DNA of 64,000 bases from Chara braunii. Lineage: Eukaryota > Plantae > Charophyceae. A model generated the notes under the pieces. It had not been told where the DNA came from, ran no database searches, and saw only the letters and a list, made by a program, of their open reading frames with translations. Positions 12,109 to 25,989 of the stretch are shown here, piece after piece. Each line of letters opens with the position of its first letter. Position 1 is the first letter of the stretch. Location of the stretch: contig BFEA01000013.1 of NCBI GenBank assembly GCA_003427395.1, positions 527,326 to 591,325 on the forward strand, written 5' to 3'. The translations under genes and the position numbers were made by a program.

Positions 12109-13954
12109 CCGATCAAAGGCTAATGGATTAGTGTTTATACCCAGTCGGGAGAGAGAGATTTCTTATTAACTTTTAAATCTCTAAGGAGTCACTTACTAGA
12201 CTTTTTGTATATTTCCTTCTTTATCATTTCGATTCTCTTCTAGTCTTTTTTATACGACTCTCTATTAATATCTCTTAATGTTCTCTCACTCGCCTATTTC
12301 TGACTATTCTGAGTTTTCCTTCTCTCATACAATAGTCAGTCGTTAAAGGTGTTCCCCATCTCGCACACCCACTACGATTATGAGCATTTTAGTTTACCTA
12401 AATCATTAGGTATGGGCTACCCGCCTTAAGATTTGGAATGGGGTTACCTACTATATCCCCAGCTAGANNNNNNNNNNNNNNNNNNNNNNNNNNNNNNNNN
12501 NNNNNNNNNNNNNNNNNNNNNNNNNNNNNNNNNNNNNCATTTTAGTTTACCTAAATCATTAGGTATGGGCTACCCGCCTTAAGATTTGGAATGGGGTTAC
12601 CTACTATATCCCCAGCTAGAGATCTAGTTCAGGGAAAGAGAAAAATCAATAGGTCCGAACTACTAGCCCTATCTGACAACTCTCACATTTGGTTTGAGTT
12701 GTATCTCATCATGGTGGATGAAAAAGCTGCATGGACTGTGCTTGGAGATCCCATAGGACGAAGACTTGAGGGAGTGGTGCGTCATAGGTCCGGGCTAAAT
12801 AGAGAGATATAGAGCTAGGGAGCTTTCAACGGCTGGACGAGAGGATCACGAATCCCTTTTTGGTGTACATGGACCTCGACGGGATTGGCGTTGTGGGGAG
12901 ATATAAACACACATCACTTCTATTATATAGCTGAGATACTTGCACGGAGTCACACTCGTTCATTAGGTTCGGGCTCCCAAGGAGACACTTGCACGAAGTA
13001 CGGAGTCCGACACCATGGGAGTTCAAGTAGCTACTGGAAAGTACATCACATCATCGGTTCGAGTTTTCCGCGAGCTCAAGTAATGCTTTAGGCATGCCCC
13101 GTTACGTTGTGAGGGTTTCGTCGACGACGGGGAGCCAAAGGTGGCTGGAATACCGCACACTATTAACCCGACTCAGTAAGTGGCTAATGTGCGAGAGAGA
13201 AGTATGACGGAGCCAGCCACCATAGATCGAAATCAAGAATACAGTTCGAGATCACTTAGTCAGAGGCGTAGGGAGATAAGAGACAATTGTCAAAGAGATG
13301 ATTGGCGAAATCGATACGAGAAAGAGAGAGAGGATACTTTAGAGACAGAGGCAGAAATAAAATTCCACTTATACACATCTACGACCTAAGAATTGACGAA
13401 CGTACAAGAGTTTTACGTACTCCCTTACAAAATGTGAGGCAGATCTCATGTCTCGGATTAGTCTTGCGAGCTCGATACGAGACCCCCTTATCTTCAAAGG
13501 ATATGAGATTTCAAATTAATTAGAAAAAACGACAGCGGCACACTATCGCATTTTTTCGAATCGGACCACTCTTAGCGATAAAAAAATAAACAGGTTGTTA
13601 CTCAAGAATTGGTATGCAAATCCCTCCCTGTTATATATGCCCGGCTTAGGAATCTTTCATTGTGATCTCGAACAACAAGTGCAATTTATGCAATTAATAA
13701 ATTAAAATAAAATGTATAACACATCATAATTATGAATTTACGAATGTAGAACTGTGACCAGACCAGCAAACAGTATATCGTTAAACAATGTTACTGAAGC
13801 ACGATCAATGCCGACTCGACTCAAGGCAAAGACAAAATGAACGAGGGAAGGTGAAAACCCGTAATAATATCGTAAAGTACAGATGAAAAGACATGGTCAT
13901 CACTCGTCAAGAACCCTCTCTCTCCCTCTCAAGTCCCACGCTCAATCTTTTTTT

Positions 13955-16900
13955 TATTGTGCTTTTCGTGTACCACATCCATGTACCTCATGAGATTGTG
14001 GTCTGATAATATGGAGTCATCTAAGGCCCATGAGTTATGAACAAGTCAATCCGAGGCCAAAGATTCTGAAGTTAAGCATAGCATAAAAACTCCTACATAG
14101 TACGAAGATATGGTTTGGAGAAGATCCCTCGTCTGAGATGTTGAAACTTTAATGCTTCATTCACCACCACATCATAGTCAATAGCTGCTGGTGAGACATA
14201 TTTTTGGCCAGGTCAACCAGATCACCTCAGTAAGAACTACTGATGAGACAAAAAGAGACTAGAAGCCTAGGGTAGTCAAAATATAGCTTAGGACCAAAGT
14301 TATGCATCCGTTTTGTTTCCCCATGAAGCACCAATGCTCTCTCCTCAACATACCATGTTGCTATAACCCAAACTGAGTCAAATTGTTCATGAGTCTCCTT
14401 TCCTTTCTTCACATAGATCGTCAAATCTTTGATAGTTCCCTCTGCAAACTTAGCTAGGGCCACGCAGATTGACAAGTCTCCTTGCTTGAAACCAATTAAA
14501 CTAACATAATGATAATAGAAAGCATCCTTGGAAGCAATCCCGTTGAGACTGATCAAGACTCAGCCATCGACCGAAAATGATTCCATTGTACTCATATGGG
14601 TGACAATGTTGATCCTTATTGATCTCTATAACTTGTTTAATTCTCTTCAAAGATGCAGTTGTACTGATCGTCTTACCAAACCGATTTCGATAATATATAG
14701 TATATTCAATTATGGTTTGTCTCTTGAAAGTACTTAGTGCTCTATTTCTCATCCGACTCTTGAATGATGCAATGTAGTCTGTCTCAGTGTTTTCCCACTT
14801 GTCTGATCTCTTTCGTTGTTTTTTGCATGTTACCCATAAAACGTTTTTATTACTAATTTCTCCTTCTCTCCAACTGTAAATTCAAATACCCTATTGTGCT
14901 GCTGAGAAGGATTATTTGTTCTCAACTGTACTTTTGATCTTTTCTCAGTTGATAGCTCGAGATTAGATGATCAGATTGCACCTAGGAGATCGTAGTCAGG
15001 CTATGTTGCACACCCGGTCACGACCGGGGCCAAAAACTCGGCCGCAGCCGCGGCCGTCGGCCAAATCGACCATTTTCAGGCACGGCCGACCAGCCAAGTT
15101 TGGTGCAGCAATTTGTTTCCCATATTTTAGCAGACAAAAAAAAAAAAAAACAAATATGGGCGTGGAGGGCTCAAAAAACCCTACACGCCCATATATTTTT
15201 TTAGGGCATTGTTGTTTTCTATTGCATAAAACACACACACACACACACACTCTGAAACCCCGCACAAGTGTGTGTGTGCGTGTGTGTGTGTGTGTGTGTG
15301 TGATCGGGTGGGGGTTGGGGGGGCGACCCCTTCCCCACCAATCAATCAATCACTTGTTCAATCAAAAAAAAAAAAAAAAAACGATATTTGTGTGTGTGGG
15401 TGTGTATGTGTGTGTGTATGTGTGTGTATTTGTGTGTGTGTGTGACATTGGGTGGGGGTTGGGGGGGCGACCCCTCCCCCATCAATCAATCAATCAGTCG
15501 CTTCCCTCAATCAATCAATCAGTGAAGTATTACTATAAAAATCAAATGAATCAATCAATCAGTGGAGCGTACTACTATAAAAAGTCCATCAGTGAAGCGT
15601 ACTACTATAAAAAAGCCCATCAATCAATCAATCCGTCCGTTCCCTCGATCAATCAATCAATCAGTCGGTTCCCTCAATCCCGAAATACAATGATTGTAAG
15701 CACATAAAAATCAAATCATGTCTCGAGACTCTTCTACTAACCAGGAAAACAGAACCACGTAGTAAATAATGGTAAATTGGAGATTTGTTAGAAAGGCATT
15801 TGAACTCTCTTATCCAACCTCGATTGATTAATATTTATTCTAATTGGTTCCCTTCAATTAAAACTTTTGCAAATAACTCTGCAACCTTTTTTAGAATGCG
15901 TCATTCGTTTACTCATCTGGCCAAACATAGTATGTCACGAACACCTGCAAAGTTGGTCAAGGTACCTTATTTGCTTATGCCATTTTTTCCACGTACCAAC
16001 CGTTCGCTGATTAGTTGGTTAGAGCTTAATCGACGAGTACAGAGAACTTGTCACTTGTGATCAAACTCACCGATTCCAGCAAGTTTCTCCCCATCGTTGC
16101 TTCATAAGAGCATGTTTGTAAGAAGAACGCTACCCTCACAATTATAATCAAAGAGAACCTATTATAAAAAGAGTTGAATGAAAGATGGGCGCAAGTAGTC
16201 TGAGAAGAACGAGAATCCTTATGCCTGGTTCAATCACCTTCCTTCACACATTCGTCTTCGTCCAACATTCATCAACGCTCTCGCTCTGCTCTTTATCCCA
16301 ATCACACAAGGAAACAACATTGTCACGCTGTAAACAGATATGTAATGATAATCATAATTGAGCCCTCGACCTTTTGTTGGAAGGAATAGTCCAGCCAGTG
16401 CGAGTCTTGTCCAGAAAGGTCTCAGAAAATCAAAGGAATAACCGAAAGTGAGCGCCAAGCCACGTAATATTTACACTTGTGCATCTTGCACATAAGCTCA
16501 TTCTCTCAAAACCTTCACTATGTGATTTCTTCCTCTTGCCAGCACTCAAACCATGCACTCACATTTTTAACTTCACTCGTACCTACACTCGTCTTTATCC
16601 CCTCACAACGAAGTGAACAGCGGTTAATAAAGATGATTACACTAGAATGCAGATGATGTCAGTAGTAATCTGACTGCATGTGTTTCCTTGCATGAGTCTG
16701 CGAAGACACATCACACGCTTGATGCTCGCCACAATGGCTTGGCGATTGCAACAACTTAGCTCCGAGTATGTACATACTTTCCCGCTTATTTAACCCGCTT
16801 GTCTATCTTTCACCACTAGTTCCCAGTGCCCATTAGTTCCGGAAATAAATCCGCGCGCAAGTAGTGATAGGCGCACAAAGACAATGCAGTTCGTACCAGT

Positions 16901-17750
16901 AAGACCTCCTGCACAATGTTCTCACATAAAACTTCATTTCCAAGCTTACCCATGTTCTACTACTTTTACACTGTGTGTTAGAACTTAGTCCGCCAGTGTC
17001 GCCATAGAATAAGACACGTCCGATAGTGCACACTAAGCAGAGTGTAAAAACGGTGTAGTCGGCATTCACTGCAAACCCTCGTAGAAGACTTCTCAAAGCT
17101 CTCAAGTAAGTCTGCTGCCGAACGTACGTCACGCACACCCTACTCAGCAAGTCGGCATTTTCCCCCCACATCAAAAATGGAACAAAATTCAACAATAGGT
17201 ACAACGCATTTCCACGAGCAGTTTCTCCATGGAAACCACTCATACTGCACCGATAGATGACAAAAACCCAGAACTAACACTAAAGTGATACAACGAGTCA
17301 GAGAAACTACTGTCCTCTAACTAATGATACCAGCCCTCTTGTTCACATCCATGCCTGTCAAAGAGGACCCGACTTCTTCTGACTTCGAGGATTGCGCCTG
17401 CCTTTAGTGTTTGATACAATCATGCACTCGTTCTCACAAGTTCATGCACATAAAATTCATTGACGTTCCAAGAAATCTCACATTCATCGTTCATCAAAAG
17501 TCAGGACGTACCAATCATGGTCACTTTTACCCCACTACTAGACTCGCTATCACAGTGGCAAGCACCATTGGTTGTATGGACATAGATCGAGTTGAAAACA
17601 TCAACTGCATGTTGGCTAGAGTTCGGACTAAAATCTGACTTCCGGTAACTCTCCACTCTCGCTAATACTCTATGCAGCTCGACCTTTCCTTCCAAACTGA
17701 TTATTACACTCTCTCCTTCCGCCACTAACCGCTTCTAGCAAGGTAGCCGA
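13955..17750 (-). pseudogene. Cluster of heavily decayed intronless ORFs of unknown origin
   Basis: Protein-like reading frames broken mainly by TGA/TAA/TAG (14227..14556, about 15700..16230, 17250..17725). They are interrupted by the insertion at 14997..15680. Confidence 0.35.
14997..15680. mobile_element. Non-autonomous TE-like insertion with GC-rich end, (GT)n and (ATCA)n repeats
   Basis: Abrupt composition switch inside the AT-rich decayed ORF. Internal duplicated block gtgtgtga..gggtgggggttggggggcgacccc.tcccca.caatcaatc. Confidence 0.55.
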
Positions 17751-17774
17751 TTTCTTTAGACCAGCGTAGGCATA

Positions 17775-18185
17775 GTAGAAACGGGGAAGACTGCTCAATG
17801 CAGACGATGGGAAATCCTTAACTGGGGCCCACTCCATCGACCCATAAAAGAAAACGGGGACCCCACCTTCCCGTACCCTCTGTAAGTTTCACATGGGTAT
17901 CAGCGCTTTTGGTTGGGCAAGCTGGGCCCGCTCCCGTCGACTTGTAAAAGAAAACGGGGACCCCACCTTCCCGTATCCTCCATTAAGTTTCATGCAGGTA
18001 TCGGCCCTTTCGGTTGGGAAATCTAGGGCCGCTGGACCCCACATTCCCGTATCATCCGTAGGTTTGGGAAAGCTGGGGCCGATCCCGTCCACCCGTAAAA
18101 GAACACGGGAACCCGATCCCATCCACCCGTAAAAGAACACGGGGACCCGACATTCCCATATCCTCCGTAGGTTTTACGAGGGCAT
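17775..18185. repeat. Short degenerate repeat cluster (cgtaaaagaa(a/c)acgggga.ccc)
   Basis: At least 4 copies of the motif plus repeated ggaaa.ctggggcc blocks. Resembles DNA-transposon subterminal repeats. Confidence 0.65.
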
Positions 18186-19687
18186 TGGCGCTTTTGGTTG
18201 TGCAGGTTCTTTTACGGACACAAAAATGGTACACTTCAACGGACACTGCCCCCGGGACCTGTTGTATGTCACATTACCAGCCCAACAAAACGAACACTAA
18301 AATTCAAAACAAAAAAATCATTTTCCACTGCAAGCTACAGGCCCGGTTCTCTTCCAAACTCCCTCAAGCTTTTCAGCGCCACGACTTCAAACATTTCTAC
18401 TTACCTCTGAAGCTTGTGTGGCAACCTTGATCTGCGGAATCATGTGGGATCCAGCAAAACACCACTTTTTACTTGTAGTGTGGGCTCAAACCCTAAGTCC
18501 TAATCTTTCCAATAAAAATATCAAAATAATGAAAAACAAAATTGCCCTCAAAGACCAATTTTCAACTTTCTGCTGCCACGTGTCCACCAAAGCCATTTTC
18601 GGAGAGGAAAACACACTCAGACTTGACAGATTTTCAAGCTTCAGTGACACATCCTTCAGGGGCATTAAACGAATTCTCTTTTCTAGAGTTAATATTCATC
18701 ACAACGGGATATCAATGAGGGGCATTAAACTAGTTTTGGAAACTATACTAACCCCCTACTGACTCAGAGCAGGTAATAAAGTCTCCTGTCTAGGCCCCAT
18801 ACCAGTGACATGAAGCTCACATCAGCAGTCTATCACGGTAAGACACCTCATACGGCATCTTAGGAAACACGAGCACTCACGATAATGAGAGACGAGTAAG
18901 CTTGGATGCACCCACCATAGTGTGGACTGCGGCTATATTGGAGAGAAGTAGCTCGTGCGGATGTGCTAAGTGCTCCTTCCGTGCGAGATAGACAATCAAG
19001 CCATATTAACCATTATGGCACCAATACAGAACTGCACTTTGCTTACTTGTCATGAAAATGTGTTATCGCCCCCCACACACACTCCGTGAACATCGGTTCA
19101 CCAACTCTTTCATAATGCCGTATATGATTGACCAGAGCTGGCGAGTGCTAACACATTCGTAAAAGTCACACACTCAAACAATCCCAGTGTATTCTCGTCT
19201 CCACTGCACCAATGCTGGGAATGACAACGAGCATAAAACTTCCCTTCGGCAGCAAGCTAAGCAGACTCCCGCTAACAACTACGATATCGCTATAGAACTT
19301 CCCTTCGCCTGAAAGGGCACCTCACCAACTCTTTCAGGTGTACTCCGCAATCCGTCAAAGCCAGAGGCTATGCACGGCCACTATTTGCACCTATTGCTAC
19401 AGAACTGCCCTTTGCTTGTAGGCATGAACGTGTTATCCGTCCCCCACCGCATTCCATGAAGAGCACCTCAACATAACTTTCGCGAGTACTCCGCAAAAGC
19501 CAAAGGCTACACACGACCACAATTTGCATCGCCGAAGCAGAAAGTTGAAAATTGCCCACGCGTACACACTCCCACTGAAATATTCTGCCATACTCAGCAA
19601 TCCGTCATCGAAGGACGCACTGCCTCGGATCACAATATTTTCGCTCTGCAAGGAGCCACCGACTCCCATCGTTGTACTCAGGCCATC

Positions 19688-20634
19688 CGTCATCAACGTC
19701 AGAAACCACACATGGCCACTTCGGCAAAATACTGTTTGCTCACACGTGTCCCTACATTGTGCGTCATCAACGTCAGAAACCACATGGCCACTTCGGCAAA
19801 ATACTGTTTGCTCACACGTGTCCCTACATTGTCTATCGCCGGGTCCCACTGTTGCCTACTGCCCAAATGAGCTCTCACACGCAATCAACGCGCGCAAAAA
19901 CTGCGATGTTGACATTGTTGGCCGACGCGTTAGCAACCCCTCACGCTCACACAATGACAGCACGCTGTCCATTAACTCTCTACCTCATGGCAGTCCAACA
20001 GTTCCTCAGTGAATCATCCCGAGTGCGATTGTTTGCTTGTGCACGGATGAAAACGAGTTGATGTGCACACCTGCTCGCCTCCCTTCACGACTCCCTTCAT
20101 GACAGTTCACGAAGACGTCCACCCAGACAACAGTCCCCTCTCTCCTGCAGTCAACCTCCTGAGATGTTTCCACCACTAATTACGATCCAATAAAATTTGC
20201 CAATGTCGCTGCCGCAAAGGACGTCTGGACCTACCTACTCCTACCAACCCTCCTTGGAAATATCCACCACTCGTTGCATTGCATCTTGACACCTCATGCT
20301 CGCATAATGACAGCACGCTATGTCCATTGACACTCTAGATCATGGCAGTCCAACAATAAATCAGTGAATCGTCCCCAGTGCGATTGACTGCTCGCGCACG
20401 GATGAAAACGAGTTTATGTGCACACCCACTCGCCTCCCTTCACGACAGTTCACCAAGACGTCCACCCAGACAAGTCCCCTCTCTCCTGCAGTCAACCTCC
20501 TGAGATATTTCCACCACTAAATTACCATCCAATAAAACTTGCCAATGTCGCTGCCGCAAAGGACGTCTGGACCTACCTGTTCCTACCAGCACTTTCTTGG
20601 AAATATCCACCACTCGTTGCATTGCAACTTGACA
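19688..20634. repeat. Local tandem duplications: about 73 bp x2 (19688..19832) and about 350 bp x2 (19945..20634)
   Basis: Near-identical consecutive copies are visible directly and in the ORF translations. Confidence 0.85.
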
Positions 20635-23600
20635 CAACTTTGCCATCTCCGCTACCCGTAGACCATCTGCGGAACTGGCACACATTTCACTTCACCAACC
20701 TTCCATTTCGATTACTCCTTGACTGCACCATGCCTTCAATCGTTAATCTAACCTCTGAGTGACTGCCATATATTCTAATAACTGTGCGGACGCCACTCGT
20801 TCCCTGTCACTCGCTTACAACACATCCGCCAGCAATTGACTTGTGCAGCAGAGTCCTCCGCCGTATGCCACAGAGAGCAAACTACCGCCGTGTCCAGTCC
20901 TCCCGCCCTATGATTGTTCACCGAGACCCACCATTCCGTTAGGGTAACTCCCGCATTTTTCCTTACGCCTCAAACTCACTAAACCAAGCCTGACAGAAAT
21001 CCAAGAAACGGACGACAGCCACATTCCGGTGGGCATGACTGGCTCGACTTCCCAAACAAGTCAATACTCCACATCCACCTTCTGGTGTGCACGACTAGCT
21101 CGACCTAACATGGCAATACTCCGCCCATTTGAAAGCACCAGTACACCACATATGGGCCCGCGGATGTCAGCATGAAACCCGCACCACTTTTGAGCCGCCA
21201 ATTTTTTTCCTCAACAGCGGGCCTGACCGTGCGGCGCCTAAGAGTTTTGCGTGTGGCGACAAAAACTTCCTGCAAGGCTGGGGGCGCGTACCAGCGGTTT
21301 AACCACTGCCCGTCACGGTGACAACGACCAAAGATATAGACAACAGCGCAAGTGACGAGCAAAACGCAACTACGGGGAATCCCACCATAAAAGTGGAATT
21401 CGTGCAAATGAGGACGTTAATTGTCATCTATCCTCGTACAGTTTGACCAGCTCGCAAACGAACACTACTTTCAACTTAATCACTAACTCAATTGCCGCTC
21501 CTCAACTGGCTTTAACTCACTCGTATCTTACCTCATTTACGGCCGGACCTGGACTCATCTGACTCCAAGCTCGTCAATCAAGTCTTAGCGTTGCGAGTAC
21601 ATATGACATAAGGCTAGCTTCTTGCTTGTTCGCACACTACCTGCGGACAACCGTTTACCACAAAATTTATCAAGGTCTTAAGTTGAATAAGCCTTAAGAG
21701 GGAGTCAGCACACATGCTAACTTCACCGCAGAGTTCCACCAAGGTCCGAGTGTGACTAAGCCTTTAAAAAGAGCCAGCAAACACCCAGACGTATCAGAAA
21801 ACAAATCAAGAATCATACTCGCAATGGATCCTCTCACGGTACATCCGTGGCGTAATTAGATCGCCCGTATGCGTTCTAAATGCGGAGTCGCAGAGGCCAA
21901 CACTACCAGATTTAACCACTACTGGATCGGAAGAGGAAGCAGTCAGTCTCTCTCTCGCCTAAGCCAGCTCCTGCAGGACTTTTCACAAGCTTGGGGAAAA
22001 GGGCGAAAGCTTTAAACACGACTGCGATGCAGATGTGCATAGGAACCTCCACATACTGCGCGCTAGGAGCCCAAACGGAGTTCCTGAGTGTGCATCAGAC
22101 AACAAACTCGGACTTCAAAAGGTCTTAAGTCACAATGCCGAACGCCACGGAATGACGTGCGAATTAGGGTTAACGTAACACCGGTCTAAAACAGACGATA
22201 GAATTCATCATACGACGGCGCCGCGATACACCCAATTTCGCCCAAATTGAAATTCCGTGCCTCTAACGAGTACTCAGAAGTTACGGTCGCCCTCGACTTC
22301 GAAGTCGCGCATGCCACACAGGACACAACGAGTTCTTAGAGATTGTAGCCCTATGGGCTCGAAATTCGAAACCAGCTTTCCAGAAAGAAAACAACACTTT
22401 CGGTCACAAATGCCGTGACACCCGAGTTCCCATACGATCAGAAAACTACGGGTAAGAGAATCGAGTTCAAAGACCACTGACCAATTCCCGCCGCACACAG
22501 GATTTAGGGTTCGCATTCTGAAAACCAAGACGGCAAAGCAAGTGGATTGATAGTCCATTTACGTGGTGATGTGATATAATCAGTAAACCCGAGACAATAC
22601 CGAGTCCTTTCAACTGAGAGAACATCGAGACCTCCAACCCAGTTATAATCCTGTCCGACCTAGTGGATCGACTGTCCATTTGCGAGGTGGTGTCATAGAT
22701 CCAGCAGCTGCAGAGACGATACCGAGTTCTTTCTACCGGGAGGAGATTATCGACGGCCCAAACCCAGTTACGATCCTGTCCAAACGATCCCGTGACCATA
22801 TCATTTGCCGACAATCCACGCGGCATCAAGGACATCCTCAGACTCCACAAAAGCGAGTTCCAATTACAGTTATCGGAAGACAACACACATCCCCACTCTA
22901 CCATCGCCCTGAACTGTGCCGGAGGTCAGTTCCTACCACAGATCTGAGAAAAAGTCAATTCAGCAATCCGCCGCCCAAGACATCCAATCCAACCCTAAAA
23001 TTCCTTACAAGAAACCAGACACCGGAGTACACATAGCACTCATACTTCCAATCGACTTCTATGCAAAAACCTCGATTAACTTTAACTCACGGTTTGCATA
23101 CGTAACACGTTCAGACCTGTCGATAAATGCAAGGCAACATCCAAACGTAAGGCGGTCATTCTGAAGGTAAAAATTTCGAACAACACAACTCACTAAGATT
23201 TTCCTCGTCCTCTTCTTCCCGCCAAACACCGAAGTTCAAGCCGACATCAACAGCGAATACCGTCCATATCGTAATACACGTACGTGCAGGATAAGTCAAA
23301 CAAGAAATCTAATCAAGACGTGAAGCAATACAATTCGAGTACATATTCTCGAAAAATTCAAACTGCTTTCATCCGACCGCCGGAAGCACTGAATCATTCG
23401 ATGGGGTACTAAGCACAAAAGGTTAAAACTAAGCACACGATATCGCCAAGAGCCAGAGGGACCACGTCGATATACAAGAATTACACATCGACACGCCGCT
23501 CACATTAACATTCAGATAAACAGTGTTTTTCTCCGCGCACTGCAAGCACTAAATCGTTCGATCGGTTACAAAAGTACAATACTGAACTGACTAAGCACAC

Positions 23601-24416
23601 GACAACGCCAAGGCCAAGAGGAAACACGTCGGAATACCACAATTACGCATGCATCGACACCGTTCAAATTAACATTCGCAACAGATTAACCTCATACAGC
23701 ATCGAAAAATTACGCACCATTTCCTTCATCTTAAGAGATCAGAACGAACTCGCATACGTTGGATAATTGCATTGCAGAATTCTTTAAGATACGTATTCGT
23801 TCAAAATCATTCACAAGTGCATCCTCGGCCAGAGACAGTCCATTACTCTCTTTCTCCGAGGTGTTTGTTTTGCTTCACGATAGAGACTCACCATCACAAG
23901 CAGACACTCTTTCGTAACCACTACTCGTGCACGTTAATAGGATCAACCGCTCTGCAATCCGCAAAAGAATCAACAACTCTCCGAGAAGACATACCATTGA
24001 ACCCATTAGCCACGCCATCGCCTATCGAGCACCCAGGTCTGTTGCCAGCGAGATGTAACCATTCGATCATCAAACTGACCAAACAACAAACGCAGAGAAC
24101 TCACGACATGAAATTGAATAAACACAGTCTCTCGATATCTACTTTCCCTTTCTTCACCGTCAACTGAGAGAGACGGAAACGACCACTTCCTCACAGCGAA
24201 GACTCTATACTCAAGAAACTCGTCGCTAAATTCCACTCCACAACGGAACACCGGAGCACAACAGCACGACATATTGAATCGCCCCGCGGCCCCCATTTCG
24301 GGGGCTGCTGCAGAACCAGAGAAGCAACCACCATCCACCTCCGGTGGCAGCGTCTCCACATCACTCTGTAATTCTTCAATTTTCGCCGCATTCGCCAGAG
24401 GAGACACGCTACCAAT

Positions 24417-25763
24417 TCACTTCCCTCCTTTCTTCATGGCGGCCTTAGTCACCTTCCCTTCCTTCTCCTTTTTCTCCACGGCCTTGATGACGCCGACAGC
24501 GACCGTCTGCCTCATGTCTCGCACGGCGAAACGACCGAGAGGGGGATACTCGGCGAAGGTCTCAACACACATCGGCTTGGTTGGAATCATCTTAATGAAC
24601 CCAGCGTCACCGTTCTTCAAAAATTTAGGCTCCTTCTCGATTTCCTTACCCGTTCGCCGATCTATCTTCACCACCAGTTCAGCAAATTTCACCGCAATAT
24701 GGCAGGTGTGGCAATCCAGCACCGGTGCATAGCCATTACCAATCTGTCCAGGGTGATTCATGATGATAACCTGAGACGTGAAGCTCGCTGCCTCCTTCGC
24801 AGGGTCGTTCTTAGAGTCCGAGGCCACGAAACCTCTCTTCAACTCCTTAACGCTTACGTTCTTCACGTTGAACCCCACGTTGTCACCCGGAAGCGCCTCG
24901 GTCATTGCCTCGTGGTGCATCTCCACCGACTTGACTTCAGTAGTCAGACCAGAAGGCGCGAACGTCACCACCATGCCAGGCTTAATTACACCTGTCTCAA
25001 CCCTTCCCACGGGCACCGTCCCAATACCGCCAATCTTGTAAACGTCCTGGAGAGGCAGACGGAGAGGCTTGTCAGACGGCCTTTTCGGCTCCGAAATCAG
25101 ATCGAGAGCGTCCAGGAGAATGGGGCCCTTGTACCACCCCATATTCGTCGACCTCTCGATCATATTATCGCCCTCGAACCCAGAAATGGGCACGAAGGGG
25201 ATCTTGTCAGGGTTGTACCCTACTCTCTTCAGGTAGGTCGACACCTCCTTCTTAATTTCGTTGTACCTGTTCTCCGAGTACTTCGGTGTTGTGGCATCCA
25301 TCTTGTTGCAAGCGCAGATCATCTGCTTCACACCCAGCGTGAACGCCAACAGAGCATGCTCACGGGTCTGGCCATCCTTTGAGATACCGGCCTCGAAGCC
25401 GCCCGTCGTGGAATCGATGACCAGCACAGCGCAGTCGGCCTGCGACGTACCTGTGATCATGTTCTTGATGAAATCGCGATGGCCGGGCGCATCGATGACA
25501 GTCACATAGTACTTCGTGGTCTCGAATTTCCACAGCGCAATATCGATGGTAATTCCACGCTCGCGCTCCGCCTTCAGCTTGTCTAACACCCAAGCGTACT
25601 TGAAGGACCTCTTGTTCATCTCAGCTGCCTCCTTTTCGAACCTCTCGATCACACGCTTGTCAATGCCTCCCAGCTTGTAGATGAGATGGCCAGTGGTCGT
25701 TGACTTGCCGGAGTCGACATGTCCGATGACCACAATGTTAATATGGGACTTCTCCTTTCCCAT
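24417..25763 (-). CDS. EF1A: Translation elongation factor 1-alpha (eEF1A), 448 aa, no coding intron
   Basis: [56 protein letters not shown] and C-terminal [12 protein letters not shown]. Lacks the opisthokont insertion. Intact ORF with strong GC3 bias. Confidence 0.99.
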   Translation of the reverse strand: MGKEKSHINIVVIGHVDSGKSTTTGHLIYKLGGIDKRVIERFEKEAAEMNKRSFKYAWVLDKLKAERERGITIDIALWKFETTKYYVTVIDAPGHRDFIKNMITGTSQADCAVLVIDSTTGGFEAGISKDGQTREHALLAFTLGVKQMICACNKMDATTPKYSENRYNEIKKEVSTYLKRVGYNPDKIPFVPISGFEGDNMIERSTNMGWYKGPILLDALDLISEPKRPSDKPLRLPLQDVYKIGGIGTVPVGRVETGVIKPGMVVTFAPSGLTTEVKSVEMHHEAMTEALPGDNVGFNVKNVSVKELKRGFVASDSKNDPAKEAASFTSQVIIMNHPGQIGNGYAPVLDCHTCHIAVKFAELVVKIDRRTGKEIEKEPKFLKNGDAGFIKMIPTKPMCVETFAEYPPLGRFAVRDMRQTVAVGVIKAVEKKEKEGKVTKAAMKKGGK

Positions 25764-25784
25764 GGCTGCCTACCGCACGACGGG

Positions 25785-25907
25785 CTACAAAGAAAGAAAG
25801 GATATGGCGGACACGCCGCAACCGACCAAGGAGAAAAAACACGAACACCGCACACAACCGACGAAAACGAAGCGGGCCGATAGAACTCAGCGACCTCTCC
25901 CCGATAC
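25785..25907 (-). other. Predicted 5'UTR intron of EF1A (123 bp)
   Basis: Donor CAG|GTATCG at 25907. Polypyrimidine tract plus TGTAG| acceptor at 25785 (alternative AG at 25770). Plant EF1A genes typically have a 5'UTR intron. Confidence 0.7.
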
Positions 25908-25989
25908 CTGCTTGCGCTCCAAGAGGGCTTCACTGTCTTCCTTCCCAGCAATAAGCTTTTGCCAAAGCGACGCGGCGAGGTGTGTCACG

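Noticed and set aside
12385-12620. Identical 83-bp direct repeat
   Set aside because: The two copies flank an N-gap exactly, so this is most likely an unmerged contig overlap.
22094-22211. Box C/D snoRNA candidate (ATGATGA...CTGA, minus strand)
   Set aside because: Weak terminal stem and no rRNA or snRNA complement that I could identify.
24699-25382. 227-aa ORF antisense to EF1A
   Set aside because: Expected shadow of strong codon bias on the sense strand; no recognisable domain.
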